From contig JAQGDQ010000052.1 of NCBI GenBank assembly GCA_030141605.1, forward strand, positions 186,001-250,000: a stretch of 64,000 nt of DNA, read 5' to 3'. The DNA is from Tubiluchus corallicola (lineage: Eukaryota; Animalia; Priapulida). Positions 38,511-52,870 of this stretch are shown piece after piece; within the stretch, counting starts at the first letter, position 1, and each line of letters opens with the position of its first letter. The notes below the pieces were generated by a model. The model searched no databases. It saw nothing but the letters and a program-made list of their open reading frames with translations, and was not told the DNA's origin. The position numbers were made by a program, and so were the translations under genes.

Positions 38511-41317
38511 CCCCCCACATTTCTTTCCTTTCGCGTACTTCACAAAACTTTCACTCTATGTAAGACAAACCACACAAAACTAATGAGTATCTTGAGCATG
38601 CTCAGTGGAGTAGATATAATTTCATAAAACGTCTTTTAAGTAGCTAATTACTGCCGTTTGTTGCCCGTTCACTTGTAAATCAATGGACACAAGACTAAAT
38701 GACACCATCTGCCTGCAGTTAGCTATTTGGTGTTATTATCAGCCATTCTCAATCGTAGGAATAGAGACAACTTTTCTGTAAATGAAACCTTGTATTTTTA
38801 TACGGCCGGGTGCATTGAAGCCAAGTCATTTGAGTGTTGGGTATAATATTGAGTTGATGACTCGTAAATAATCAGAACACGTGCGTTGAGAGACTGTTCA
38901 CTACATATTAATTCAGAATAAAGTTAAAAATTTGGGAGCCAAGATTTGTTAACTAACAGAAGAAGAAAAATGAAAAGAAAGACAGTTGCAAATAACTAGA
39001 AGGAAACTAGAAGAAGCACTGAACTTTATGAGGACTTTTATACAGCGAACGATGTATTCGTATTGTATCACAACAGAGTTTTTAGAAAAAAGGAAAAACA
39101 GAGTATAAATAATTTCCAAGAAGTAAGTAAATTAAGCAAACTAAGTAGATGAAAAGAAAAAAGAAAAATATAATATAACATATCATGATGATATGAAATA
39201 ACGAAGTGTGACCTTAATTCTGTGACGACAAAGCTGTATAGGACACAAATATCTGCTTTCTAACAATGCAAATTTTTTTAAGAAGTCCGACTTGTGCACT
39301 CCAGAAAAAACTTGAATGTTGTATATGTTCCGTATATTCTTCCTCAGGTACTATCATGTCGAACGTCGCAGCACCTTGGGTACTCAAGCTCAGCTAAATT
39401 CGTGTGCTACTCAGACTCAGCTAGTACATGTATTCATGTGCAATTTGAAACTTTAATCAGAGACCCCTGCCTCTCTGGCGTCTTGATTGCTGGTTACTGC
39501 TGCAGAGCATAAATTATGCACACAAGACATTAAAGTATCTGATGGTTGCAATGTACATTCCTGTCACGATTGTGTATAGTGTCTTTCGGTGCATTGACAC
39601 TGATATAAACACTGTCCCAGGTTCAATACATTGCGGAGGCAGATAAACATGGGAATTCTGTGTGGAAAGCAGTTTAGCGATCTCTGGACGATTGACGGAA
39701 ATCTGTGAATACCGACCTGGGAAGGCTGGACATTTCTTATCATTCTTACCTTTTCTGATGGTTGAAAACAGGAATAGTGAATCTGGAGTGGAAACAAGTG
39801 ATTATAGAAGCTACTTTTTTATCTTAAAATTTTTTAGGGAAATATGACCAGTTTTAAACCATAGCTCAATATAATGTGATGTATGAAATATTGAAAAAGA
39901 GCATAATTGGCTTTTTAAAGAGTGATTTACGTGAAAGAGTCATTAGTGTGGAAGTTTAATTTCGCGTTAATTCGCGCTTTATTTCATGCATTTCGCCATT
40001 TGTTAGTCAGAAGGACATAGCGCCTGCTTTACGGAAACGCGTTGCACAAAAAACGGGTAAAATTGCATGATTACCTCGCTGATCGGGGAGAAGCTAATAG
40101 TTTTTTGCCCGTGGTTGCTACCAATGATGACACAGGGTAAAATTGAAATTTAAATTTTTAAGCATAAATTCCCCGACTTTTTGCGTATGATAGTCAGTAT
40201 TGTACAGTAACACTTTATTTCCATTTTCGCGTTCGGAAATATGTGCAACACTACCCGAGACCTTCATGCGTACTGAGAAAAATCTTCTCCTAATTGGAAA
40301 ATACTGCGAAATATGCATTTACTGATTTCATTAAATACAGCTTGATATATATGCGTTAATGTATATATACGTATGTGATATGTATATATGTATATGATAT
40401 GTATTAAATACAACTTGATATTCGACTAGCAAATGGTGAAATGCAATATGCCAACAATGCAAATTATATCAAACAAAGGCTGCATCAGTTCTTAAACAAT
40501 ACAGGTTTAGTGTTATGAATATGACTTTCTCATATTCAAACATTATTTCTCAGTCCTTGTTGTCGTTGTCGTTTTTCTTAATTAAATTTAATCCATTTAT
40601 CCTGGTCTGAGAATATTATAAGATCCAGTTCTTCGAAGTACTGCTTCTGGTGCTATATATATATATATATTACTCAGTTTCTATACACTAAACGCGTGAC
40701 ACATGACTAGTTTCTTCAGTTTTTTACATAAATTAATAATTACAACAAAAAAATTTACCGTTACAAAAATGATACATTTATATCAAAGAATAACTTAGAA
40801 GACACTTGAAGGAAAACAGGATGACTTTTCATATACTGATATATTGTGAAGTACAGTAAAAGTATACATTTTAGGTTAACATATATATATACAGTTGCAT
40901 ACAGTTGGGCTTTGCTTAGCCTGCAATATTATGAATATATTCAAGCAAGTCTCACCAGGATGATAAGAAGCTGCTTACTGCTGTACAGTACTTGAATCCC
41001 CGGACTTTTGAGTTCTAAAATTGTTTTTATTGCTTTGAAAATTGTTCTGATACGCCTGCATGATATATACGTAGTTTTGTAAAGATTTCAAATAATTCAG
41101 CAACGACACGTTTTATAAACATACTATAGTTAAGAAATAAAATTGTGCTTGGTTCATGTAAGTTTTCCAATAGTCGACGGATGCTTTCGTTCATATAAAA
41201 TTCACAATATTGCTCGGTTTAATATTAAAATAGTAAAATCGTATTTTACGAAAAGAAGTTGACACTTTTAGTGACTTGATGGGACTCCATAAATAAAGTT
41301 TTCAGTTGTGCAGTAAT

Positions 41318-41734
41318 TAGGGGTGCATCGGACGCGCAGTTACCGCCGACTCGGACATACATGTATGTAACTCCAGACCACCCAACAGGTGAGATCCTAT
41401 CCTTTAGCGCAGGGTTTTTTAACAACTGGTGGAAGCCCTTTTATTTGATTAACTTGCTGCAGCAGCAGCACGTAGAATAGCTATAATATATTTAGAACTA
41501 AAAAGATGAGATTTTAAATTTTTAGAAAGGTAGCAAGTATTGAAAGTTATAAATGCAGGCCATGCAAATACCTGATATTGCAAAATTTAATGTGACAAAA
41601 AGTAATGCTTAATCACTAGCCAGTAGAAATTGGTTATTCAACTTACAGAACTTTTCTCATAGGATCCGGGCCTGATCTGGCCAGCGATTTTTACAGAATT
41701 TTGAACTTGAAGTCCTGATTCTGGTGCACCCCTT
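41318..41734. mobile_element. hAT-like MITE
   Basis: TIRs TAGGGGTGCATCGG / CTGGTGCACCCCTT; degenerate 8-bp flanks GCAGTAAT / ATAGTACT. Confidence 0.65.
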
Positions 41735-44173
41735 ATAGTACTTAGTCTAACTTGTAAGCGTGTCTCTTTTGCCTGATTGTAAGGCAATTGCTGGTCAATT
41801 ACAAGAATATTGATTTTTCGATGGAGTGAGTTTCTATTTCTTTCGCCCGTATAAATAATCTAGTGACTGTAGTCGTAAATCATGTAGATATTCAACGAAT
41901 AATCCTGCATGCTCCGCTATCCTATTACAAATCTTCACAAAGTTGTAAACAAATCCGTCACGAATACGTTTTGATGTATTAGTTTATTTGTGTTGCTGTG
42001 AAATCCTGCATCTCAGTCCAATTGAATGAAACGTAGTAATGTAGGTAAGTGAAAACGTGAATAAACCAGATAGGTGAATTACGCAAAAGATCATGGGTAT
42101 TGAGCTTTGAAAGCTTTTTCGTAATTGTTCTGCAATATCACAATGATTGTTGGCAACACATACTTTGTTATAAATCATTCTGCTGTGCACCTAATCATCC
42201 ATCTACAATTTACAGTTTACTAAAATTATTATAGGATTAAGTGGAACTAGTGTGTTATCTGTAAGTAATTTATTGAATGTTAATATCAAAGACTACCCGG
42301 TATTTTGCTTATAGGACCTGCTCCTAAAACTATCTCGAGCTTTTAAATTGGTCTCAGTCACCCCTGCATGTGGACAATGTCTCCAAAAGTTAACGGGCTT
42401 TTAAGAATGTGTTGATGTTCACCATTGAATTATTTTCGTCACCTATCAGTATTTTACCGAATTTTGTTTCCCTCGGACGTTTACAGCTTAGAGACATAAA
42501 ACATTGCTTAATACATTAAAACAGATAGCGACATCCCCCTCAAACCATTAACTTGGGCTTTTAGTTGTGCGTGTTCGTTAACTCTATTCTTTCAGGTATG
42601 ACGGACGTAAAACTATCACCTTTTTTTTAACCTATGCGCACCTTTTATTAGTTCCTACACGTGTATCGATTGGTTATGCAATATTTAACACCGTAAATGG
42701 CGGCCAGCTGAGAACTTCGTTAAAATTCCCTTCCTTGCCGATTCTTTGCTTTTATAATTGCTTTACTGAACACAAATTTAATCAAAAGTTACATTCGATA
42801 ATGTAAATGCGCACTGTCTGGGTTTGCTATTCCCTGACATCGAGGTTAAATTCACATTGATAAGATTAATAATACGTAATACGGTCCGTCATGAATATAG
42901 TCGAGCGATCTGAGTTCTTCAACTTCTTGGATTTAAGCAGTGCTTAAGTGATCAGCGTGGGTGCAAAGCTAGCGCCTTTTTAGCTTTCTCTGAAATGGCT
43001 TGTACATGTGCAAGATGTCGTACATTTTCTGTAAGAGCATACAATTCTATCCTTGAATATAAGAACTATTATGGTTCTTTGGTATTATTTATTCTCTTAT
43101 TCGGGATATCATATGCATTGTTCAAGGGTTGAGTAATAGTAAATAAAATTACTTGAGCACCTAATGTGATCCTATTAAGTTTGTCCATGTGTTCAATGTT
43201 TATTGTCAAATATTATAATGACGTTTCTATTTTTAACGTGATTGTTTAATAAATAGGGGTTAACTTATAATCGTGGTGTGTAATTCTACTTTCTGGTCTT
43301 GAAGTTGGTGTTTTTGGGAAGTTTCTGTGAAAATCATGGGTGCAAGCAAAAGAACTTTCCCAAGTTTTGAACTTTTGTCGAATATATTTGTCGACTTCTG
43401 ATTCTAGGTCCGTTTCAGTTTTTACCCTAACGCTTTGTCAACAAGGCCTATACTGAAAATGCCTTTTTCTCTTGCCAAATTTGTTAACCGATTCCCATAT
43501 GGTATTAGTATTATTAGAATTAAAGTATTGTATCGAATTAGAGAAATTGAAAATGTAGAATCGTTTGTTCTAGTGACATCTCAATGTAAGCCAGCCTACT
43601 GTACAAATTATTAGCAGAACAAACAAAAATACACAGAGAGAACTCCATCGATTTTGTAATCCGTTTTCAACGAGATAAGCATTTGTTGTTCAGCTGATCA
43701 ATTTTGTTGAAACATATTAAGAATTGTTCATATTGGATGCGCTATTAGTTGATGGGAGGATACATCATTGTACGGCGGATGCAGGGGCAACTCACTAATG
43801 GCGCACTCGTTTTGGTGGATAAACGGATATACTAGGAAGGTTTATGATATTGTTCTGGAATTCCAAGCCTTTCATTTATTTTGTTATTTACTTTACTCGC
43901 TTACTAAAATCATAGAATTGAATTTTTAAATACACATGTAAACTTTGACGTTCATTAATATTTAATGTTGGGTGAAAGTAAAAGTTTGGTCACTTGCAAT
44001 GCTGAAATGTTATCTAGAGCTAGTTTGGACATTTTTAATTAATATTCGGCTTTAAAGTGGCTGGTGCATGTATAAAAAGTTGGCTAGCTGGAATTTGTTG
44101 CAATTTACAAGATGCTGCATTGAGCCAAAATTGGATTCTTGGTTTTGGTTACCTAATAAATTCGCGTGTGGAA

Positions 44174-44351
44174 GAATCCACGCAAAAAAGTAACAGAAAA
44201 AAGGCACAGGAAAAAAGGGATAGGAAAAAGCAAATAACCCTAAGCCTAACCCTAGCCAAAATTGATTGTGACTTCTTGTGACTTTTTTCCTAGCCAAAAG
44301 TGTGATTTTTTTTCCAGTGTCTTTTTTCCTTTGACTTTATTACCGGTCACC
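44174..44351 (-). mobile_element. Foldback MITE family D, minimal ~180-bp copy
   Basis: GAATCCA...CCGGTCACC termini and arrays that are reverse complements of those at 32005-33339; TAACCC repeats inside. Confidence 0.75.
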
Positions 44352-45173
44352 GTTTAGGACAGCGTTTGGCGCGCTGCAGTAAAAGTTTGAGCATCACTAT
44401 TCTCATGTTGAAGCCTCACAATGAAGCAGCTGACATTTATCATGTAATAATAGTTGGCTTGGTGGCTAGTAAACTCAGACAGCTGTCAGTTCTTGTTTTG
44501 CTGGCTGAGATATAGCAATTACAACTGGGATGTGGAAATATATCGAGTAATTTGACAGTACATTGCATGTGACATGATTGGTTTCCTCAGACTTGTCTGA
44601 CTGTCTTCAGAGCAATATATTATTCCATTATATAGCGCGATTCCGATTTTATCTGTTTACATTTGTGTTGGCGATGATAAATCATCTCCGTAGGGGTGAT
44701 CGCTAGCGAACTGCACAGAAAACAACAAAGCTACACTAAGTTCAAGCCAATGGCGAGCAGAAGCATTGTTTCTGACTTTTAGGTGTTGTAGTGTTCCAAA
44801 GAGATTACACGTACGTGTATTAATGCGTGGAAATGCCTTTGAGATCGTTATAGAACCACAGAAAAACGATACGGTAAGGGGTCTGAACTGGTGTACACTT
44901 TTTCTACGATGTGTACTGTTTTCAAAGCATCACTGCTCAGTCGCTGGCCGGTTTTCCAAGTCTATCTGAAGTTCACGAAGCTGTCAAGGTGTTAATGCAA
45001 CAAGTTTATCCAATCGGTTTCAACGCTGTAAACTTAAAACTAACGCCCATACAAGAAGTGGGGCAACGATTCTGCTCTAGCTGTAGTAGATAAGGCGATG
45101 ATGATAGGATTCGGTTTGCGGTTTGACTGCGAAAAGTTATACATGTCTTTTGCTTTGTTTTCCCCCATGCTTC

Positions 45174-45309
45174 AACCCGGTTATGTTGCGGAAGGTTTGT
45201 CTCTGTCGGTTATGTGACGTAACTATGATAGGTCTGTCTCTGTCTGTTCAAATATGGCCGCTTCGTGCGACAAAGTTATGTCAAATGCTTGCAGTCGCAT
45301 AACCGGGCC
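45174..45309. mobile_element. Small PIF/Harbinger-like MITE
   Basis: Inverted ends CCCGGTTATG / CATAACCGGG with TCA / TGA flanks. Confidence 0.5.
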
Positions 45310-47149
45310 TGAAGTTCCCGGATCTAACGTATCCTCTACAAGAGTGGTTGCTATCGCCACATGTTATGAATGCACTGGAATGAGAAAGCTGTTAAAATGA
45401 AGCTAATGTGGACTTTACATGCTTAAAGTCCTGTAACTGCTAAGTTTCCTGGCCGTGATAGCTTATTCAATCAACTAGTCGGCTGTATTAAAGGCGAGAA
45501 GGGGAAGTAGTACAGGAAGTCACATGACACGTCTGCAAATCTGGTTAATGTTGGCAGGGAATGTTTTCTTTGCTAAACTCTGAAGAACAACTGAAGAATT
45601 GTTGTTCACGTGCTGCCGCAAGCTGTCTTAGTCCCCTGTGATGGTATTGATTCAAGTACTATTTACACCTGCGAATGGCGCAGTTGAACAAATACTTGGT
45701 TTCTAGCATTGAGTGTTGCACAATGACAGTGTCAACATTGAAGGCTTCCCTTTAATTACTTTTCGATTGTACGTGTGTATATGGAACAGGCACGTTGATT
45801 ATATAGAAGCCGGTAAGAGTGGAATAAAGATATTATGCATCATGGTGCCCTTGACTATTACCCAAGTTGGCAAGCGTCCCTTGCGAAGAACTTTTTGAAT
45901 TATATCAGAAACGTTTCATTTCGCGTTACACTTTTATGTGGTGCTATAAAAATATGCCACGTAATCAGGGTAGTTCACTAGAGCACGTTGATTTCCGCTT
46001 GTGCCAGCAATCATTGTTGCAGTTAGTCTTGTGCGTAAATGTGCCGTGTACTTGACAGTGCATTAACTCTATGCTAAGTCTTATGCAATATGTTGGCCTA
46101 TAAACTGCACAAAATATGGGCCTATTATCACTGAATAATGTGATCTGTTGCCGATTTCCCTCAAACCGCATGGGTTCTTATGTATATAGATAGATAGATA
46201 GATAGATAGATGTAGATATATATTGGGCTAAGAAAATAGTTGAGTACCAGGTCCAGAAAATGGAATTTTTGCAACTAATTTGCTAATGACGTTTTTCTTG
46301 AAGCGAGTGAGATTTTCGTTAATAGGCAACCAATTTTATGATAGAAATTCCACACTTAACAGGCCCGAGGAGAAAATAAATTTGTAAGCAGGTGAATTGC
46401 ATCTAGGAATTTCTAGGAATGCATAGGGAAACATATGAAAGACAACATCAAAGCAAGCAGGTTAAACGCTTGGCGTTTAGGAAACATGACGTGAGGTCTG
46501 GTATGCTACTAAAAAGCGATAAAGAAGGCTTAATCCGGCGACTGACCTTCGATGAATAAATGTAGTATAATGCTATGGTTGACCCAATATCAGATCGACA
46601 AGACTGACAATGTAGTGCAGTCTCTTAATTGGGTTTAGGTAACAAGTTTAGACACCAGTCCAGATGTGGCTGCAGTGCGGATAGTTGATTATTAATGATA
46701 GAGTAGTGTCAACTGATGATTTCCCTGGGAACTATGTATGCACTACTGCTACGTGTCACCTGAGTTTCGTCTTCTTTCATCTGAGCTGCTTGAAGATCAA
46801 TAAAAATTATAATGCTTTTAATTTAATGTCTTTCACACGTGTACTCAAAGAGGCATTTTGTGAACTCTAAGATCTTACGGATTAAGAACGCTGAAAGGTG
46901 TCTAAATTTGCTGCTGTGGAACTTTTTTCTTATTATTGATCTTTTTCTTGTGGGAAGAAAAGTGGTTTGTTGAGTAAATTTACTGCTGTGGTGAAGAAGA
47001 TTATATTTTTTACATATATTTTTAACTCAGAATTATTGTTATTACTTATTTAAATGAAACAGACAAATTCCCGATTGTTCTTTACGGACTCCGATCGTCC
47101 TCTCACACTTTTCAGCTTCAAAAGTATTGTCCATTATCCAATTCCAAAA

Positions 47150-47752
47150 GTATTTTTCCAATTAAGTGGAGATTTGCTATGATAATTAGGTAGGATGTCC
47201 TAGGATCAAAAGTAAGAATTTGTAGCAATTCTTTAATTAGTTAAAACTGTTTAATTAATTAATTTTAAATTGATTTAAATTGCATGTTCGTATGATCTAA
47301 TTGAGTTGGAATTTGCTAGAATGATTAGCTAGAGTGTCTTTGCTTCAAAAGAAAAAAATTGGTGCAATTTGCCAATTAGTTATTATAGCTGGTTAATTAG
47401 TTAATTTTAAATTGATTTGAATTGCATGTTCCTATGATCCAATTGAATAGAAATTTGACAAGATAATTAGACGGGATATCCTTGGTTCAAAACAAAAAAA
47501 ATGGTGCAATTTGCCAATTAGTTATTATAGCTGGTCAATTAGTAAATTTTAAAATTGTTCCAATGATCCAATCGAGCTAAAATTTGGTAGGATGATTAGC
47601 TAAGATATCGTTGGTTAAGAAAAGAAAAATGTAGCAGTTCGTTAATTAGCTAATTTTTTAAATTAACTAACCGAAGAGCAGATGTGTATGGTGCCAAAAA
47701 CTGTTTTCAATGCCCCATTTCATTTTAAATTGATTTAAATTTCATGTTCCCA
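47150..47752 (+). repeat. ~142-bp tandem repeat, about 3.5-4 degenerate units
   Basis: AATTTTAAATTGATTT(A/G)AATTGCATGTTC at 47261 and 47403, with a partial unit start at 47545 (period 142) and another partial at ~47722; GGTGCAATTTGCCAATTAGTTATTATAGCTGG repeated. Confidence 0.85.
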
Positions 47753-49096
47753 AATGTTGACGCTTACGTATTAATCTTTAAGACTGTAGTATATACTACA
47801 TTGATCAAGATGTGTTACAGAAAACTAACTGAGTTGCAGAAACTGGTTTTTTGCATTTCATTTTTCATACACTATATTTTATATATATATATATACATAG
47901 TTTGATTAAGATATATTGTAAAATATATTCTTATGTGATTTGATTTCTAAGGTGATATAGTAAAAACTTTACTACACATTTTTTCTGTTACCCGTTTTCC
48001 TCAACTTACTTACTTTTCAGCATCGGCAAAATATCAGCGATGATTGTCAGATAGATTTTCACCTCCTTTTAACTATAGAAGCCACAAGTATTCACCATGG
48101 AAAATTGGCTGCTATAAAATGATTTAAAAATTTTCTCGTGTCGATAGCTTGAAATCAACAAGATGAAAAATGCCCATGGTCAAATTACACACATTAGCAG
48201 GATTTGATATTATAACTATTTTTTACTCAGGTGTGGTCCTTTCCTTTTTCTGCAACAGTGGACGCCTTTGGGTGTTAATTTTCAACTTTAACGTTTGCGC
48301 GATATCTTGAATTGAAACTGTTAAATATGTTATTTAGCATATATGTGGCAAGGACACAAAAAATAAGGCCTTTTTAAAATTCTATAGAGCCGAAAATTTG
48401 TATCGAATTGGATATAAATTTAATAGGGTAAACTAGAAATATCTTCGCATTTACGTACTAATTTTTGCTAAGGAAGTCTATAAAAATTATAGGCACTATG
48501 CTTAATATGTCATCATGCCCATAAAAATGAAAAAACTGTATACTAATATGATGGTATTGTCTTTATGGAAATGCTAACTACATAGTATTCATTTACTTTA
48601 TTTTATTTTTTCGTATTTCTAAATTTTAAAAAATAAACTTATGCCATTTGCAAAAGAACACAATTAATTACTATATAAACATTACAGGATTGATAAAGAA
48701 TATTATGCAAAATCAAAATTAAAAACCTAAGATTAGTTTAAGCAAGTTATCATTAAAATGGGAAGAACTACCCCCGGGGACAAATGAATAAAGCTGTTGA
48801 TAACTTGAGGTTTCTGTTGGGAAAAGTAATTGAAGTGTCAACAAAAAATATTGAAGAGTTTTTTAATGTACAAAACTTTCCAAAACAAGAAGCATAAATT
48901 CTATTCTTTTCTCAGATCTCTAAACTTTTTTATTTAAAACCACTTTATTATCTTCTGTTTCTGCATTTATTTTTTTAAATTCGATTTATTCGTAACATTT
49001 GCATCTATTTTCATGACAGAAAGTTTTATTGGAAAAATATATAAAGTTTTAAATGATTTTAGAAGAGCTTGCTTTTTCATGTTGACCCAATATAGT

Positions 49097-49277
<181 letters not shown>

Positions 49278-49989
49278 CTAACAAAAAGTTGTGTACCCCC
49301 CCTCCGTATATCAAGATGCCGTACGTCAATTTTGGGCTTAGAGATACTGGATAACACAGTTTTTTATCTTTTGCTTAACTAGCTTCATTGGGCGATTAAC
49401 GAAACAATAAACCTCCTTGGAGACGCTAATGTTGATGGGTCCACAGCTATTGGCTTCATTACGTACTGTGTCTGGAGGCTAGAGGTTTATTGGGATACTA
49501 ATGAGCCAACTCGACCAACATCAGCAGTGATTAAGCACTATCCTTCTTTGGCACCTGCATGAGGCTGATTGAAGTCACTTACGTTACTGCGTCGTTAACA
49601 TTCATTCTGGTTCAAATAAGTACTGAAAAAGCGCATGTGTAGCGTAACGATAAAGCGTGGAACATATCAGTCATTTACCACTATACTTAAGCGCTAGAAA
49701 TCATGCAATCAACAAGATTACGGTTTTTTATTCATCAATAACAAAAGCAATAAAGTGCAGTTGTTTCTTAATAAATAGAGAAACTGTTTCAGAGCAGCAG
49801 AGGCAGCCTGAAAATGTAAAAATCAAATAATTATTAAATTATCAAATCAAATAAATAATATTTCTTGAAAACAACGAGGGTATTGCACGAATGTACATAC
49901 TTTAGGTAACCCCGTGCATCGCATTTTTGCTAGTGCGTGAAGACTATGAGTAATAACTGCTAATAACGATGGTTTCTATAATGACAGGT

Positions 49990-50200
49990 TTGATAATGAC
50001 GACATTTGGTGATGAGGATGATGGTGACATGATGATCGTGGCACCATTGGAATGGTAATAATGATAACAATATTGATGATGGTGATGATGATGATGATAT
50101 TGACGATGATGATAATGACGATGACGATGATGATGAATGATGTTAGTGATGCTGGTTATGACAATGATCATGATGATGACGACGATAATGATGATGATAT
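49990..50200. repeat. Degenerate (GAT)n trinucleotide repeat
   Basis: Directly visible; intronic. Confidence 0.9.
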
Positions 50201-50397
50201 GTTGGTGTTGGTGTTTTTTACGTGTGGTAGCATTATTTATTGGCTTTTGGTTGTCTGTGCCATCACATAAATTAGTTAGTGACAGTCACAGTTGCACCTA
50301 TTCGAGCATCAAGTGAAGTAGAGTGAGCAAGGGATTAGCACCAGTCAGTAAAATTAGGATACTGCAACTTGTGTAAACCTCTTTTGGGTTTTTTCAG

Positions 50398-50616
50398 TAT
50401 TGTGCCGAAAATGAGACATCTGACAAAGACTTATTTCCTACATTTGCCCGCACTCGACCTCCTGTTACACAAATCTCAAAGTCTGTGGCATCAGTACTGA
50501 AGAAGTATAGTTGGGATAAAGTGGTTATCCTCCATACGGATGGAAACAGAGCTGGTATTGGGACAGGAGCTGCTCATACTTCACAACATGTCAACGTTGC
50601 CAACAATATCAAGAAG
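50398..50616 (+). CDS. Receptor GC coding exon 2 (ligand-binding domain)
   Basis: ttttcAG|YCAENETSDKDLFPTFARTRPPVTQISKSVASVLKKYSWDKVVILHTD...ANNIKK|GTGATG; continues PMISY-YC in phase 0. Confidence 0.95.
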
Positions 50617-51326
50617 GTGATGAAATTTTAAATTAAATTATTGATAATATTCCATGAATGTCATGTAATAGGAAATGATGTGGCAATTCTGAATTTGAAT
50701 GTAATCACAGGGAGTCTACTACGTTATTTAACTTTGGGAAAGCGTCATTTAAAATCAAATTATTGTTTGATAGTTTCTTGTAACTTTATAACAAAAAAAT
50801 TATTATTATTAAATTTTTCTCATAAAAATTGCTGAACACAACTGATAGTTTTCTGTTTGCTATTGAGTTACATGTTAATGGAAAAAGCTTGTCATTTACT
50901 TTGGAAAAATTATTGTAACTACAAGGAAGAAATAATACTATTGTTGTAATTTCTTTAAATGCATTTTTGCTCAAGCACTCATCAACCGAACTTGCTTGAT
51001 AATGGTAGTGGTGCGAGCAAATTATTAGGAAAGTTCCTCTGAGATATATGCATATATATATAGCCTTTTCTAAAAGTTGTTGAACGCTTCAAAGCAAAGT
51101 AGTATTGGCATATTTTTGCTTTAGATTCAGCTGTTTGTTGCACCGCTTCAGCTATCTTCAGATATATACATATTTGGGTAATAAAGTCATTTAGGGAAAA
51201 CAAATTTTTTGTTAACAGCTGGTGGAACCCAGTTTATAATAAATTCGTAAAAATGAATTTTGAAGAAATGCAAAAAAATATACCGTTTGAAAATGCATTT
51301 AATGAATCTTGCTTACTTGTTTATAG

Positions 51327-51447
51327 GTATTGACAGAAAACGGAATTACAGTGACTGCTGTAAAAACGTGGGAAGGAACCTACTATCATGAGTATTTTGA
51401 AAACGTGTTTATCAAATTAGTTGATGAGACATACATCGACACCAGAA
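51327..51447 (+). CDS. Receptor GC coding exon 3
   Basis: ttatAG|VLTENGITVTAVKTWEGTYYHEYFENVFIKLVDETYIDTR+A|GTAATT; ETY..TRIYV motif spans the next junction. Confidence 0.92.
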
Positions 51448-51983
51448 GTAATTTGTTTGTATTTTGATGAAGCTTGACTTTTTGTATTATTTTTGAATAC
51501 TGTGTTAATTATGTTTTTACCATACTTTCCTTACATCTTATGTTGAAGAATAACAGTAGGCTACATGCAAGTAAACATAAACATGGTCCTAACACTCAGA
51601 GTTTATATAATTATAATCTGTTGCTTGCATTTCTAATATTTTAATGATTATTAAAAAATAAAATATTTTTCTCCATCGTAATAATGGTTATAAGAGAAAA
51701 AAAGAAAACATTGCTCCGTATTCAAAATTGACTATATTATGACAACAACGAGTAACACATAAAAACCTATTTCCTAGCATAAAAGCAAAAAAACGGATTA
51801 AAGCACCCATCTATATTTCTCTGTTGTTTGAATGTGATCTTGTTATAATGAGTGTAATCTTGTTGTAACTGAAGACCTAGTAATCATCATTAGACTACAT
51901 TACAACCTTTCAGTGATTTTGTCCTTTTGGAAATGTAATGTGGTGGCCAGTATTACGTTGGTTCTAATGCATATTATTTTCAG

Positions 51984-52130
51984 TATATGTGGTAATTGGA
52001 CAATATCACGAGTATACAGGACTTATGTCGTACATGCAACAGAAAGGTCTGTTTGATAAAGGGGAATATTTCGTCGTTGGAGTTTACCTGGAGCAGTATG
52101 ATCAGAATTCGAATGACAAATATCTAAAAG
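51984..52130 (+). CDS. Receptor GC coding exon 4
   Basis: ttttcAG|(I)YVVIGQYHEYTGLMSYMQQKGLFDKGEYFVVGVYLEQYDQNSNDKYLK+G|GTAAAT; phase 1 in and out. Confidence 0.92.
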
Positions 52131-52308
52131 GTAAATCATGTGGCTTTTAATGAAACGTGCCTAATGAAACATGACATTTGCTGAGCTCATTTGTTCCACC
52201 CCCTAAAGGAAAATGAAGTAGTGGCAGACTACATGCGTCATCTGAAATTGTACATTTGTTGTTGTTGTTTTGTAATTAATGAGGTTCTTTCTGATTTTAT
52301 TGTTTTAG

Positions 52309-52490
52309 GAGTTTTTCAAAAGAATGCTGATAATGCAACAGTGCAGTCATTCCGTTCATTTATTGGAATAATTCCTTCTCCTCCAAACAAGGAGTTGTAC
52401 GATCCATTTGCTGCACAAGTTAACCGATATCTGGAGTTACCACCTTTCAACTTTCCAAACCCACTGAATACTTTAGGCAAGAACAAGCAT
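52309..52490 (+). CDS. Receptor GC coding exon 5
   Basis: ttttAG|(G)VFQKNADNATVQSFRSFIGIIPSPP...VNRYLELPPFNFPNPLNTLGKNKH|GTAAGT. Confidence 0.92.
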
Positions 52491-52664
52491 GTAAGTGTAG
52501 CTAATATGTGGTAGTAGTGTGTATGGAGTAGTGCACTGTATTAGTAATAATGACATTGACAGAATCTGTCATTGATATTCTTGATAATAGTGGTTGTGTT
52601 AATATTGGTGGTCAGAATGGTGTTTAGTTCAGGTGATGGTAATGTAAGCAGCGGTGGCTCTTCA

Positions 52665-52870
52665 GATAATAGTGATGATAACGAAGATGATGATGATTAT
52701 GATAATGATGATGATGATAATGATAACAATAATGACAATGAAGATAATGATGGTGATCATGATAAAGCAATGATGGAGATGATGCTCTTAATGATGATAA
52801 TAATGGCCATGACAATGATGATGATGCCTATGAGGTTGACGAAGAGAAGGATAAGGATGATGGTGATTAT
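52665..52870. repeat. Degenerate (GAT/AAT)n trinucleotide repeat
   Basis: Directly visible; intronic. Confidence 0.9.

Noticed and set aside
39490-39790. Possible LINE 3' end (CPRF..LR motif); also an RTE-like relic near 46400-46540
   Set aside because: Only a few residues match and there are stops; too degenerate to call.
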